Part shown: one piece after another, positions 1 to 9,368 of the stretch | How the letters are laid out: every line of letters starts with the position of its first letter | Position numbering within the stretch: position 1 is the first letter of the stretch | DNA from: Acidimicrobiia bacterium | GTDB taxonomy: Bacteria; Actinomycetota; Acidimicrobiia; Spongiisociales; ZC4RG35 | Length of the DNA: 64,000 nucleotides | Assembly (NCBI GenBank): GCA_965203555.1 | Contig: CBDBCY010000004.1 | Span: 2,240,001 to 2,304,000, forward strand | Reading direction: 5' to 3' | The notes under the pieces: generated by a model | The model's input: the letters and a program-made list of their open reading frames with translations, nothing else | What the model was told of the DNA's origin: nothing | Database searches by the model: none | Position numbers and translations under genes: made by a program

Positions 1-30
1 TGCATGGTCGGCGCCGATCGCCACCCTCAT
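1..30 (-). CDS. rpiB: Ribose-5-phosphate isomerase B (RpiB/LacAB family), N-terminal fragment running off the window edge
   Basis: Reverse strand reads MRVAIGADHA from ATG at 30, preceded by an AGGAGAG RBS. This is the typical RpiB N-terminus (IGxDHAG). Confidence 0.75.
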   Translation of the reverse strand, partial: MRVAIGADHA

Positions 31-157
31 AAGTCTCTCCTGTCGGGAAGGCTTTCTAAGAGAGGCTAACGGCCGAGCAACGGATTTCTGAGCAACTGGA
101 CCGGCGAGGCGCGAGAGTGCTCCGATTCCGGCGGCTCATCTTCGTACAATCAATGTC

Positions 158-1447
158 GTGACCGATGAGATTGTTGTGGAGGGTGGGGTTCCCTTGCGAG
201 GATCGGTGGGCGTGGTGGGGGCTAAGAACGCGGTGCTCCAGCAGATCATCAGCACCCTGCTGTGTGCGGGATGGCACCGTCTTTCCAATGTACCGGACAT
301 AGCGGATGTGCGAGCTTTGATACTCGTGCTGGAACATCTGGGCGTCAAGTCCGAGCTTTCAGGGAGGGACTTGGCCATGGTCGTACCCGAGCGTGTCAGT
401 GTGAAGGCGCCGCTCGAGTTGGTCCGGACCATGCGGGCTTCCATCTTGTTGTTGGGACCGCTCTTGACCCGGTTCGGTGAGGCCCAGATCCCTCTGCCCG
501 GCGGGGACGACCTGGGCGCCCGTCCGGTGGACATGCATTTGAACGGCCTCCGGAAAATGGGCGCCAAGTTGGACCTGGTGCATGGAGTGCTGGTGGGAAA
601 GGCGCCGAGGGGTCTTACCGGACAGGAGATGGAATTGCCTTTCCCGAGTGTCGGCGCCACCCAGAATCTGATGATGGCTGCGGTTATGGCCAAGGGGGAG
701 TCGGCCATTATCAATGCGGCCCGCGAACCTGAAATAATAGATTTGGGCAACCAGTTGAAGAAGATGGGCGCCCGGCTTACGGGTTTGGGAAGCCCCATAA
801 TTCGTGTCAAAGGCACCAGGAAGTTGCAGCCGGCGGCGCACCGGGTGCTGCCTGATCGGATTGCGGCGGGCACGTATGCAATGGCGGGGGCGATCACCGG
901 GGGGGAGGTAACCATCACCGGATGTGAACCCTCCCATCTTCGTATGGAACTGGCCAAGCTGGAGGCGGCCGGCTGCGAGGTCGAGAGGGGGGAGGGATGG
1001 CTCCGTCTGGCAGGCCCTGCGCGTCCTCTGTCAGTGGATTTCGCAACCCTTCCCTATCCGGGTTTTCACACGGATCTTCATCCTCAGATGGTATCGGTGC
1101 TCTCGGTTGCCGACGGCACCGCGGTCATCACCGAGAACCTCTATGACGGACGCTTCCGGTACGTTGGGGAATTGGCTCGCATGGGCGCTGACATCTACAC
1201 CGAGTGGCAGCATGCGGTGGTGCGAGGCGTGGAAAGACTGTCGGGATGCCCGGTTGTGGCGACCGACATACGGGCAGGAGCGGCCCTGGTAATCGCCGGT
1301 CTGGCGGCCGACGGCGTCACCTCCATTGCAGGGGTGGAACACATTGACCGCGGATATGCTGATCTGGTGGCCGATTTGACAGGTTTGGGCGCATCCATTG
1401 AGCGAAGGGATTCCGAGGACGGCGGGCTACGGCTATTCGGCTGGTAA
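158..1447 (+). CDS. murA: UDP-N-acetylglucosamine 1-carboxyvinyltransferase
   Basis: GAKNA, MRASIL, LPGGDDLGARPVD, PSVGAT, NAAREPEI, DIRAGAAL and HIDRGY motifs. Confidence 0.97.
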   Translation: MTDEIVVEGGVPLRGSVGVVGAKNAVLQQIISTLLCAGWHRLSNVPDIADVRALILVLEHLGVKSELSGRDLAMVVPERVSVKAPLELVRTMRASILLLGPLLTRFGEAQIPLPGGDDLGARPVDMHLNGLRKMGAKLDLVHGVLVGKAPRGLTGQEMELPFPSVGATQNLMMAAVMAKGESAIINAAREPEIIDLGNQLKKMGARLTGLGSPIIRVKGTRKLQPAAHRVLPDRIAAGTYAMAGAITGGEVTITGCEPSHLRMELAKLEAAGCEVERGEGWLRLAGPARPLSVDFATLPYPGFHTDLHPQMVSVLSVADGTAVITENLYDGRFRYVGELARMGADIYTEWQHAVVRGVERLSGCPVVATDIRAGAALVIAGLAADGVTSIAGVEHIDRGYADLVADLTGLGASIERRDSEDGGLRLFGW

Positions 1448-1498
1448 CTTTCGGAATGATCCGTTTACGATGCGGGTTGTAGGTACTAAGAGGCTGAG

Positions 1499-1789
1499 AT
1501 GACCGAGACAATCCTGGAACTTCCCAAGCGAGCGCCCGATTCCAAGAAGACGTCCGCTCCCCGCATCGATTTGAGTCTTCTCCAATCTGCGCTCGACTAC
1601 ATCCGTCCGGCAGTGCAGGCGGATGGAGGGGACCTCATTCTGCTGGGAGTGGAGGACGGAGTGGTGAACATCCAGATGGTGGGCGCTTGCGGAGGGTGTC
1701 CGCTGTCGATGATGACTCTCAAGGCGGGGATCGAGCGGATCCTCAAGGCCAAGGTGCCGGGAGTCCTCTCGGTCCAAGCCGAGGCCTAG
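1499..1789 (+). CDS. NifU/NfuA C-terminal domain Fe-S carrier protein
   Basis: IRPAVQADGGD and GACGGCP (CxxC), TLKAGIE. Confidence 0.92.
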   Translation: MTETILELPKRAPDSKKTSAPRIDLSLLQSALDYIRPAVQADGGDLILLGVEDGVVNIQMVGACGGCPLSMMTLKAGIERILKAKVPGVLSVQAEA

Positions 1790-1796
1790 GCGGCGA

Positions 1797-2591
1797 TTGG
1801 CTTTAGTGGGCATCCATCGCCCGGAACTTTCCCGTCTGTTGGACGATCTTCGCAGAGGCGATCGTCGCGCCCTGGCTCGGGCCATAACCCTGGTGGAGAA
1901 CCACCTGCCCGCCCACCCCGGTATAAGAGAGATGTGGGAGTCTGCTCTGGTGGAAGACCACCGTTCTGCGCGCCTGGTGGGTATCACCGGCCCCCCGGGG
2001 GCGGGGAAGAGCACCCTGGTCTCTTCTCTGGTGGAATGCATTCGGGAGGCAGGTCTGACGGTGGGAGTGGTAGCTGTGGATCCGGCCAGTCCACTCACCG
2101 GAGGGGCCATGCTGGGGGACCGGATTCGCATGCAGCACCATTTCACGGATCCAGGGGTGTTCATCCGTTCCATGTCCACCCGCGGTCATCTTGGCGGAGT
2201 GGCCAGGGCGACGCAGGCGGTCACCGAGTTGCTGGCTTTGGCAGGATTCGGCGTGGTGTTGGTGGAGACGGTGGGAGTGGGGCAGTCGGAAGTGGAGGTG
2301 ATGCGGGTGACCCCCACGGTGGTGGTGGTCGTGAATCCCGGCATGGGAGATTCGGTGCAAGCGGACAAGGCCGGTCTGTTTGAAATAGGAGGGGTCTTTT
2401 GCGTCAACAAAGCCGACCAGGACGGCGCCGACCGGGTGGTGAGGGTGCTCCGCCAGATGCTCTCTATGGGCTATCGCCCCGGTCCCGCCCCGCAAGTGCT
2501 CAAGACCATCGCCACCGAAGGTGAGGGCGTTCCTCGACTTTGGGAAGCTATTGTTTCCTACGGCGACCGCCTCTCAGCCGGGACACAATGA
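1797..2591 (+). CDS. meaB: MeaB/ArgK family GTPase (methylmalonyl-CoA mutase chaperone type), short form
   Basis: GITGPPGAGKST, AVDPASP, GGAMLGDRIRM, ETVGVGQSE, NKAD. Confidence 0.88.
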   Translation: MALVGIHRPELSRLLDDLRRGDRRALARAITLVENHLPAHPGIREMWESALVEDHRSARLVGITGPPGAGKSTLVSSLVECIREAGLTVGVVAVDPASPLTGGAMLGDRIRMQHHFTDPGVFIRSMSTRGHLGGVARATQAVTELLALAGFGVVLVETVGVGQSEVEVMRVTPTVVVVVNPGMGDSVQADKAGLFEIGGVFCVNKADQDGADRVVRVLRQMLSMGYRPGPAPQVLKTIATEGEGVPRLWEAIVSYGDRLSAGTQ

Positions 2592-2663
2592 GGTTGCGCC
2601 GTCAAGTCCCCAACGACTTGGGCGCCGCTCGTCCGGTACAAATGAGGGGTTACCCGGCCGGGA

Positions 2664-3587
2664 TCAGGTCCATAAGGCGGAGGTGAAAGCCAGGCTCAGC
2701 GCTACCCCCATCTGTAACCGGGACGTAGCTTTGAGGACGCTGATCAATGCCACACCGTGGGCGCCCGCCAATACGGCTCGCAAAGGGACAGCAGCCAAAG
2801 GCGCCAGCACGAGTGTGACCAGGGTTGCCGGCGGGGTTATGCCCAAGGCGGCGGCGCCGGCTGTCGCCACGAAGGAGACTCCCACCAGTACCGCATAGAA
2901 GATCCTGGAGCGAGGCGCCCCCATCATCACCGCCAGGGTCCGCTTTCCCGCTCTGGCGTCGGTCTTGATGTCCCTCAGGTTGTTGGCGACCAGGATGGCG
3001 GATGCCATCGTCCCCATCGGGATTGCCAGCGCCCAGGCGGCGGCCGGAGCGGTCATGTCGTGCACGAATCTGGTACCCACCGTGGCCACCAACCCGAAGA
3101 AGACAAATACGAACAATTCGCCCATTCCCCGATATCCGTACGGCAGGGGCCCACCCACATAGGTGAACATGGCCAGCACGGAAAGCAGGCCTACCCACAC
3201 CAGTATCCACCCGGCGATCAGGACCAGGTACAAACCCGCCAAAAGCGCAACCGCCACCGATGCCCAGGCCGCGATCCACATGTTCCGGGGAGAGATGACG
3301 CCTTCGGCCACCATCCGGCGGGGGCCTACCCGGTCGGCGGTGTCGGCTCTTCGGGCTGCGTCGGAGACGTCGTTGGCGAAATTGGCCGCTACCTGGATAG
3401 CCACTCCCACAACCAGGGTCATCCAGAAAGCGTCCCATCTGAATACCCCGTCCCCGACGGCCAATCCGGTCCCTACCGTGACCGGCGCCACCGAAGCCCA
3501 CAGAGTATGAGGCCGGGCGGCGGTTTTCCAGGCTTGGAAACGGGTCAACCGGGAAGAGGAGCTGCTAATAGTGCCAGGGGAATTCAT
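2664..3587 (-). CDS. menA: 1,4-dihydroxy-2-naphthoate prenyltransferase
   Basis: ARPHTL, NFANDVSD, NNLRDIKTDARAGKRTLAV, multiple TM helices. Adjacent to menB. Start moved to ATG 3587. Confidence 0.93.
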   Translation of the reverse strand: MNSPGTISSSSSRLTRFQAWKTAARPHTLWASVAPVTVGTGLAVGDGVFRWDAFWMTLVVGVAIQVAANFANDVSDAARRADTADRVGPRRMVAEGVISPRNMWIAAWASVAVALLAGLYLVLIAGWILVWVGLLSVLAMFTYVGGPLPYGYRGMGELFVFVFFGLVATVGTRFVHDMTAPAAAWALAIPMGTMASAILVANNLRDIKTDARAGKRTLAVMMGAPRSRIFYAVLVGVSFVATAGAAALGITPPATLVTLVLAPLAAVPLRAVLAGAHGVALISVLKATSRLQMGVALSLAFTSALWT

Positions 3588-4464
3588 CGAAGCGGGGTCG
3601 CCGCTTCTCCAAGAAAGCGTCTCTTCCCTCCGCCGCCTCGTCGGTGCCGTAGCCCAACCGGGTGGCTTCCCCGGCAAATATCTGTTGACCGACCAGGCCG
3701 TCATCTATGAGGTTGAAGGCATATTTGAGCATCCTCTGGGCAGTCGGGCTCTTGGAGGTGATGATCCGGGCCCACTCCAGAGCAACCTCCTCCAACCGCT
3801 GGTGAGGTATGACATCGTTCACCATCCCCATCTGCTTGGCTTCTTCGGCCCGATAGTCCATACCCAGGAAAAAGAGCTCCCGTGCCCGCTTCTGGCCGAT
3901 CATCCTGGTCAGGTAAGCCGATCCGTAGCCGGCGTCGTAGCTGGCCACATCGGGATCGGTCTGCTTGAAGATGGCGTGTTCGGCACAGGCCAGAGTGAGA
4001 TCGCATACCACATGCAAGCTGTGTCCTCCGCCCACAGCCCACCCCGGAACCACCGCCATCACAACTTTCGGCATAAACCTGATAATGCGCTGTGCCTCGA
4101 GGATGTGAAGTCTCCCCAGGCGAGCGGGATCGATGGATGGGCTATCCTCCCCGCCGGCGTACTTGTATCCGTCCCGCCCCCTTATCCGCTGGTCTCCGCC
4201 GGAGCAGAACGCCCACCCCCCGTCCCGAGGAGAGGGTCCGTTGCCGGTGAGCAGCACGCAACCGACGCGGCTCCACTGCCGGGCGTGCTCCAAGGCGGTG
4301 ATCAACTCGTCAACGGTGTGGGGCCGGAAAGCGTTCCGCACTTCGGGACGATCGAAGGCAATTCGCACCGCTGCAGTCCCAACCGCGCGGTGATACGTGA
4401 TATCTGTGAAAGAAAAGCCCGGTACAATTTCCCAGGCTGAGGGGTCATAATGCTCCGAAACCAC
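3565..4464 (-). CDS. menB: 1,4-dihydroxy-2-naphthoyl-CoA synthase
   Basis: RPEVRNAFRP, FCSGGDQ, GWAVGGGHSLHVVCDLT, EGRDAFLEKR. Confidence 0.96.
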   Translation of the reverse strand: MVSEHYDPSAWEIVPGFSFTDITYHRAVGTAAVRIAFDRPEVRNAFRPHTVDELITALEHARQWSRVGCVLLTGNGPSPRDGGWAFCSGGDQRIRGRDGYKYAGGEDSPSIDPARLGRLHILEAQRIIRFMPKVVMAVVPGWAVGGGHSLHVVCDLTLACAEHAIFKQTDPDVASYDAGYGSAYLTRMIGQKRARELFFLGMDYRAEEAKQMGMVNDVIPHQRLEEVALEWARIITSKSPTAQRMLKYAFNLIDDGLVGQQIFAGEATRLGYGTDEAAEGRDAFLEKRRPRFDEFPWHY

Positions 4465-4508
4465 GTCAAAGACGAGGTTACTTCGGAGACCACCCGGCGA
4501 TCAATTAG

Positions 4509-5750
4509 ATGACGACCCCCGCCAGGAGGGCCGCGATGCAGATTCTGATGGCAGACAGGTTTCCCGAGGCGTTCCTGCCGCAAATAGAGAAGCTTGGCTT
4601 CCAGTGCCACCTCCGCCCCGATCTCAAGGACTCGGCGCTGCGGGAGGCTCTGGCAGGTATGCATGTTTTGCTGGTGCGTTCCACCAGGATCACCGACCAC
4701 ACATTGGAGTGCGCCACCGATCTGGGGTGGATCATCCGCGCCGGCGCCGGCTACAACACCATCGATTGCGAGGCCGCCGCCCGCCGGGCCATATGGGTGT
4801 CCAATGTTCCGGGTCGCAACTCGATTGCGGTAGCGGAATTGACCGTGGGTCTGATCCTCGCTGTCGACCGACGCATACCGGACAACGTGATCGCTATCCG
4901 CCAAAAACAATGGCGCAAGAAGGACTTCTCCAAGTCCCGCGGGCTGCTGGGCAAGACACTGGGCATCGTGGGAATGGGCCGGATCGGTATCGAGGTGGCC
5001 AGACGGGCCCATGGGTTCGGTCTGAAACTGCTGGCCGTGGAGAAAACCCGTTCGCTGGAGATGAGGGAGCAGATGGACGAGTTGGGGGTGACCTCGGTTT
5101 CCCGACTGGAGGACCTGTTCGCTGCCTCGGACATAGTCACTCTCCACGTACCGGCCACCCCGGCCACGGCAGGTATGGTCTCCGACGACTTGCTGTCCCG
5201 AATGAAGCCGGGCAGCTTTTTGATCAACACCTCCCGGGCCACGGTCATCGATGAAGCAGCCCTCCTCCGGGCCCTTGATCGACAGGACCTGTGGGCGGGA
5301 GTAGATGTATTCGCCGACGAGCCGGCTTCGGCGGGGGAGTCTTGGGACTCTCAACTCGTGAGTCATCCCCGGGTATACACGACCCACCATATCGGGGCGT
5401 CCACCCTCCAGGCACAGGACTCCATTGCATCAGAAGTGGTGAATATGTTGGGGGATTATGCCCGAGGCCGGGTGCGCAACGTTGTGAATCTGGGAGTCCT
5501 CCCTCCCAGTGGGACTTTTCTCACGATTCGTCACATCGATCGGGTGGGAGTGCTGTCCGCAGTCCTGACGGCCATCCGATCATTGGGGCTCAACGTCCAG
5601 AACATGAGCAACCAAATCTTCAGTGGTGCCGGAAGCGCGGTGGCGGTTATACAGGTTCAAGGAAATGCGCCGGACAACCTGGTCTCCGAGTTGGAGAGCT
5701 TGCCCCACATTATGGGAGTGGCAGCCCACCACAGCGGAGACTCGGGATGA
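4509..5750 (+). CDS. serA: D-3-phosphoglycerate dehydrogenase-like 2-hydroxyacid dehydrogenase with C-terminal ACT domain
   Basis: RAGAGYNTID, GIVGMGRIG, INTSR, DVFADEP, HIGAST and ACT motif HIDRVGVL. Confidence 0.8.
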   Translation: MTTPARRAAMQILMADRFPEAFLPQIEKLGFQCHLRPDLKDSALREALAGMHVLLVRSTRITDHTLECATDLGWIIRAGAGYNTIDCEAAARRAIWVSNVPGRNSIAVAELTVGLILAVDRRIPDNVIAIRQKQWRKKDFSKSRGLLGKTLGIVGMGRIGIEVARRAHGFGLKLLAVEKTRSLEMREQMDELGVTSVSRLEDLFAASDIVTLHVPATPATAGMVSDDLLSRMKPGSFLINTSRATVIDEAALLRALDRQDLWAGVDVFADEPASAGESWDSQLVSHPRVYTTHHIGASTLQAQDSIASEVVNMLGDYARGRVRNVVNLGVLPPSGTFLTIRHIDRVGVLSAVLTAIRSLGLNVQNMSNQIFSGAGSAVAVIQVQGNAPDNLVSELESLPHIMGVAAHHSGDSG

Positions 5751-6928
5751 ATGCCTGGCTGAGGCCGGCCCAGGCTCGGCTGGTCTCTCCCGAGTATGCA
5801 TGGCGGGTGGTTTCTCCCGATTACGACGCCCTCACGCCCTACGAGCGCTACCGGTGGGCTTCGGAAAACCCCGACTCGTTCTTCAACGCCTTTACTCCTT
5901 CGGTTAGCTGGCCCAACCGCTCCTTCCGCCAACTGGTGAAACAGGCGGCCGATTACCTGGACGGTCAACTCCAAAAGGGCGCCTTCGGTCCGTTGCTGGA
6001 GGGCCTGTTCATCTATCGGATCACTGACAAGGAGCACCAACAGACCGGAGTGGTGGGAGACGCCCCGGTGGCAGCCATGCCCCGACGGCTGATTCCTCAC
6101 GAGACAACCCGCACCGATCGGGAGGAAGAACTGTACAACTACATGGCGGAAGTGCCGTACAGTTCAAACCCGATGAAGTTGGGTTACCAGCCTCGGGAGG
6201 GTATCCACCGGATAGTGGAGACGATCTGTCGAGAGACACCCGACGTGTCGGTCACGCTTGAGGACGGCGCTCAACACCAGGTCTGGGTGGTACCCGAACA
6301 CGCGGCAGCGGGACTGCTGGGGGAGTTTGCCCAGGTTCCCAAGGCTTACATTGTGGACGGCCACCACCGGGCCGCCGCCTCGGTCCGTCATGCAGATCGG
6401 TGCGGGGCCGACGAGAGGCATCCGGCCGGAAGGATGCTGGTCGTGGCTGTCCCGACCAACCAGCTTCGGATTGACCCCTATCACCGTTGGATGTCCGAAG
6501 AGGTGTCGGCGGAGCACTTGGAGGGAAAGCTCGGGGGGGTGAGGACCGAGGCGCGGGCGGCGCGCCGAGGGGAGGCGGTAGCGGTGACCGCTGAAGGTTG
6601 CTGGTCGATCGCATTGTCACCCCGGCAAGGCGAGATGGACGCCGCCGCCCTCTACCGAACGGTACTGAATCCACTGATGGGAGTAACGGACGAGCGAACC
6701 GATTCACGGATGGACTTCATCGCGGACCGGGAAGGCCTAAAGAAAGTCATCGACCGGGTGGCAGAACACGGCGGCGTCGGGTTCATGTTGGCGCCCGCCT
6801 CCATACGCCAGGTGATCCACGCCGCTGACCGTCAGGAGGCGCTTCCTCCCAAGGCCACCTTCTTCGTTCCCAAGCCCCGATCAGGTTTTTTCTTATCCCC
6901 TCGACACGGAGACGTGCTTCCTGATTAG
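5747..6928 (+). CDS. DUF1015 family protein (ParB/Srx-like)
   Basis: VSPDYD, IPHETT, YIVDGHHR, LPPKATFFVPKPRSG. ATGA overlap with serA puts the true start at 5747. Confidence 0.85.
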   Translation: MNAWLRPAQARLVSPEYAWRVVSPDYDALTPYERYRWASENPDSFFNAFTPSVSWPNRSFRQLVKQAADYLDGQLQKGAFGPLLEGLFIYRITDKEHQQTGVVGDAPVAAMPRRLIPHETTRTDREEELYNYMAEVPYSSNPMKLGYQPREGIHRIVETICRETPDVSVTLEDGAQHQVWVVPEHAAAGLLGEFAQVPKAYIVDGHHRAAASVRHADRCGADERHPAGRMLVVAVPTNQLRIDPYHRWMSEEVSAEHLEGKLGGVRTEARAARRGEAVAVTAEGCWSIALSPRQGEMDAAALYRTVLNPLMGVTDERTDSRMDFIADREGLKKVIDRVAEHGGVGFMLAPASIRQVIHAADRQEALPPKATFFVPKPRSGFFLSPRHGDVLPD

Positions 6929-6953
6929 GAAGCAACCGAGAGCTGAGCGCCGG

Positions 6954-8114
6954 TCACAGTTGTTCCCACAAGCCTCTCGCGGCCATATCAATGACGGTCC
7001 ATGCCATTGTGACCGCACCGTCGAAAATGGCTCGATGTCCTTCTGCGGTGATGGTCTGCCGGGTGAAGCCGGGCTGGTGATTGCCGATCGGAGCGCAATT
7101 GAGGGAGAGCATGGGGTGGATTGAGGGGACCTCGAGGGAAACGTTGCCCATATCGGTGGAGCCGGCTTCCGAGGGGGAGAGGTCGGCGCCGCGACCGAGA
7201 GGCCTCCCCAGAGCTTCGGAGTTGGCGGCATACAACTCTGTCAGCAGGGGATTGCTGATCAACTCGGTGTATCCGTGGCCCAAGGTCTCGACCTCGACCC
7301 GGCATCCGGTGGCCGTAGCCGCAGCCTCGAAGCAGGACACTACTCGCCCTTTCAACACCTCCAGTCGCTCGAATTCCAGGGATCTCACATACCACTTGGA
7401 CCGGGTTAGGGCCGGGACGATGTTGGGCGCCTGGCCCCCCTCGGTGATGATGCCGTGAATCTTGTCGGTGGGCAGTATGTGCTGGCGGAGGGTGGAGAGG
7501 TTGACGTAAGCCTGAACGAATGCGTCGAGGGCATTCAGACCTCGGTGGGGATATGCGGAGGCGTGGGCTTCCTTGCCGTGGTACGTCACGTCCAGTTGGG
7601 TGATGGCGAGAAAGGGAGCATCCACCACATCCCGGGGTGAGGGATGGATCATCATGGCCGCCGAAGCCCCCGCGAATGCCTGGGCGTTGATCAGATCCAC
7701 CTTCCCGCCATAGGCTTCCTCGGCCGGCGTGCCCAGCACGGTGAGCCGAAAGCCGAGCGACTCGACCAGGGGACGCAGAGCCAATCCGGCGCCCACCGCG
7801 GCCGAGGCGATGATGTTGTGACCGCAGGCATGGCCGATATCGGGGAGTGCGTCATATTCGCAGCAGATAATCAATTCTGGACCTTCGGTTCCGGCCCGGG
7901 CCGCGAAGGCGGTCTCCAGGCCGTAGGCGGGATACTCCACCGAGAACCCGTATCCCTCCAGCACTTGCGCGATCCGCCGGGAGGAGTCGTGTTCTTGATA
8001 GGCCAGTTCGGGATGGTCATACATCCAGCGGTTCAAGTTTTCCAGACGAGGTTGCTCATCAGCGACTCGTTCTTTGGCTTGTTCCTTCAGGACGGCAAGT
8101 GCCTGCTCGCTCAT
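6954..8114 (-). CDS. M20D family amidohydrolase (AbgB/ACY1L2-like)
   Basis: HPELAYQE, EYDALP, GHACGHN, GTPAEE, GSTDMGNVS. Confidence 0.9.
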   Translation of the reverse strand: MSEQALAVLKEQAKERVADEQPRLENLNRWMYDHPELAYQEHDSSRRIAQVLEGYGFSVEYPAYGLETAFAARAGTEGPELIICCEYDALPDIGHACGHNIIASAAVGAGLALRPLVESLGFRLTVLGTPAEEAYGGKVDLINAQAFAGASAAMMIHPSPRDVVDAPFLAITQLDVTYHGKEAHASAYPHRGLNALDAFVQAYVNLSTLRQHILPTDKIHGIITEGGQAPNIVPALTRSKWYVRSLEFERLEVLKGRVVSCFEAAATATGCRVEVETLGHGYTELISNPLLTELYAANSEALGRPLGRGADLSPSEAGSTDMGNVSLEVPSIHPMLSLNCAPIGNHQPGFTRQTITAEGHRAIFDGAVTMAWTVIDMAARGLWEQL

Positions 8115-8250
8115 GACTGCAGTCTCCTCTCTGGTTTCGGGGAGGCTAAGGTGCTGGTCTATCGCTGTCCAGCCAGATTACCAAGGAGACCGGATCCGCT
8201 CTCTGTCTCACTGCTTCGGGGTGGGCTAACCTCGGTTCGGTGGGAGCGAT

Positions 8251-8721
8251 TTGATGGATTTGTCGGAGATGGGACTTTCCGGGCTGAAGCCCTCGGTCGA
8301 GTTCGCCTTTCTGGCCGATGCAGTCCAGGTGGTGGGAGGAAAGCTGTTCGCCCTGGGGGGTGGTTGGGATCAGTTGCTGGTCAGCCGTTTTCCGACTCGG
8401 CACTCGTCGATGGGTATAGGAATGCGCATCACCTTTCCATGGGGTTGGGACAAGTCTCCGGTGAGTATGGGAGTCGATCTCCAGGACGAGGACGGAAGGA
8501 GCATCCTGGGAAAACGGATGCCGCACCGCAAACTTCCGGTCAAGTCACCTCCCGGATTCTCGCCAGGTTCCGTATTCGGATATCCGATGGCATTCACTTT
8601 CAACTCCCTGCCTTTCGAGGCGGCCGGTGACTATTCATTTGTGATCTATTTGGATGATGAGCCTGTGCATCGCCTGAGATTCACGGTGCGGGAGCGCAAG
8701 AGACGCTCGCCCCGCCAATGA
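8251..8721 (+). CDS. Hypothetical beta-rich protein (DUF6941-like)
   Basis: FAFLADAVQVVGGKLFALGGGW ... GDYSFVIYLD pattern. Overlaps the next gene's start (ATGA). Confidence 0.6.
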   Translation: MMDLSEMGLSGLKPSVEFAFLADAVQVVGGKLFALGGGWDQLLVSRFPTRHSSMGIGMRITFPWGWDKSPVSMGVDLQDEDGRSILGKRMPHRKLPVKSPPGFSPGSVFGYPMAFTFNSLPFEAAGDYSFVIYLDDEPVHRLRFTVRERKRRSPRQ

Positions 8722-9350
8722 ATGCCGGGGGAGCGGCTGGAATAGAGGCGGTGCTGTTTGATCTGGGGGGCGTGGTCTTCGACTCTCCGTTGCACAGGAT
8801 CGCGGCCTTCGAGGAGGACCAGGGTCTTGCGGCAGGTACGGTGGGGCAGATCGTGACGGCTGCGGGCAGTGATGGCGCCTGGGCTCGCCATGAACGGGGA
8901 GAGATCGACTACGAGGTCTTCGTCAAGTTCTTGCGAGAAGAAGCTCGAGAATGGGGAGTGGACCTGGACGTTGCGGAGATGATGAGGCGAATCGAATCCG
9001 ACATCGGGACTCGGCCTCAGATGTTGGAAGCGGTCCGCCGCCTGCGGCGCAACGGCGTCGCGGTAGCCGCTGTCACCAACAATTGGAAGGGGTTGATGAC
9101 ACCTGCGGTGGATCGGCATTTCGACGTTGTCGTCGAGTCCTATTTGGAGGGAGTGCGCAAACCCGAGCCGGAAATCTACCGGCGAACTCTCGCCCGGCTG
9201 AGAGTGGCGCCGCGCCAGGCAGCGATGCTGGATGATATAGGCGCCAACCTCAAGACCGCCCGGAACATGGGCATGTCGACCATCAAGGTGACTGACCCCG
9301 ACGCCGCCTTGGAAGAACTGGGAGCGCTGGTGGGGCTTTCGCTTCTCTAG
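8718..9350 (+). CDS. HAD-IA family phosphatase (sEH/ACAD10 N-terminal-like)
   Basis: FDLGGV, VTNN, RKPEPEIY, LDDIGANL. Confidence 0.9.
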   Translation: MNAGGAAGIEAVLFDLGGVVFDSPLHRIAAFEEDQGLAAGTVGQIVTAAGSDGAWARHERGEIDYEVFVKFLREEAREWGVDLDVAEMMRRIESDIGTRPQMLEAVRRLRRNGVAVAAVTNNWKGLMTPAVDRHFDVVVESYLEGVRKPEPEIYRRTLARLRVAPRQAAMLDDIGANLKTARNMGMSTIKVTDPDAALEELGALVGLSLL

Positions 9351-9368
9351 GAAAGGAATGCCTTTCAA

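Noticed and set aside
5291-5746. N-terminal extension of the DUF1015 ORF (similarly for menA, 31432-32697 and 49983-51170)
   Set aside because: The extensions overlap upstream genes, and internal starts with stop/start coupling fit better.
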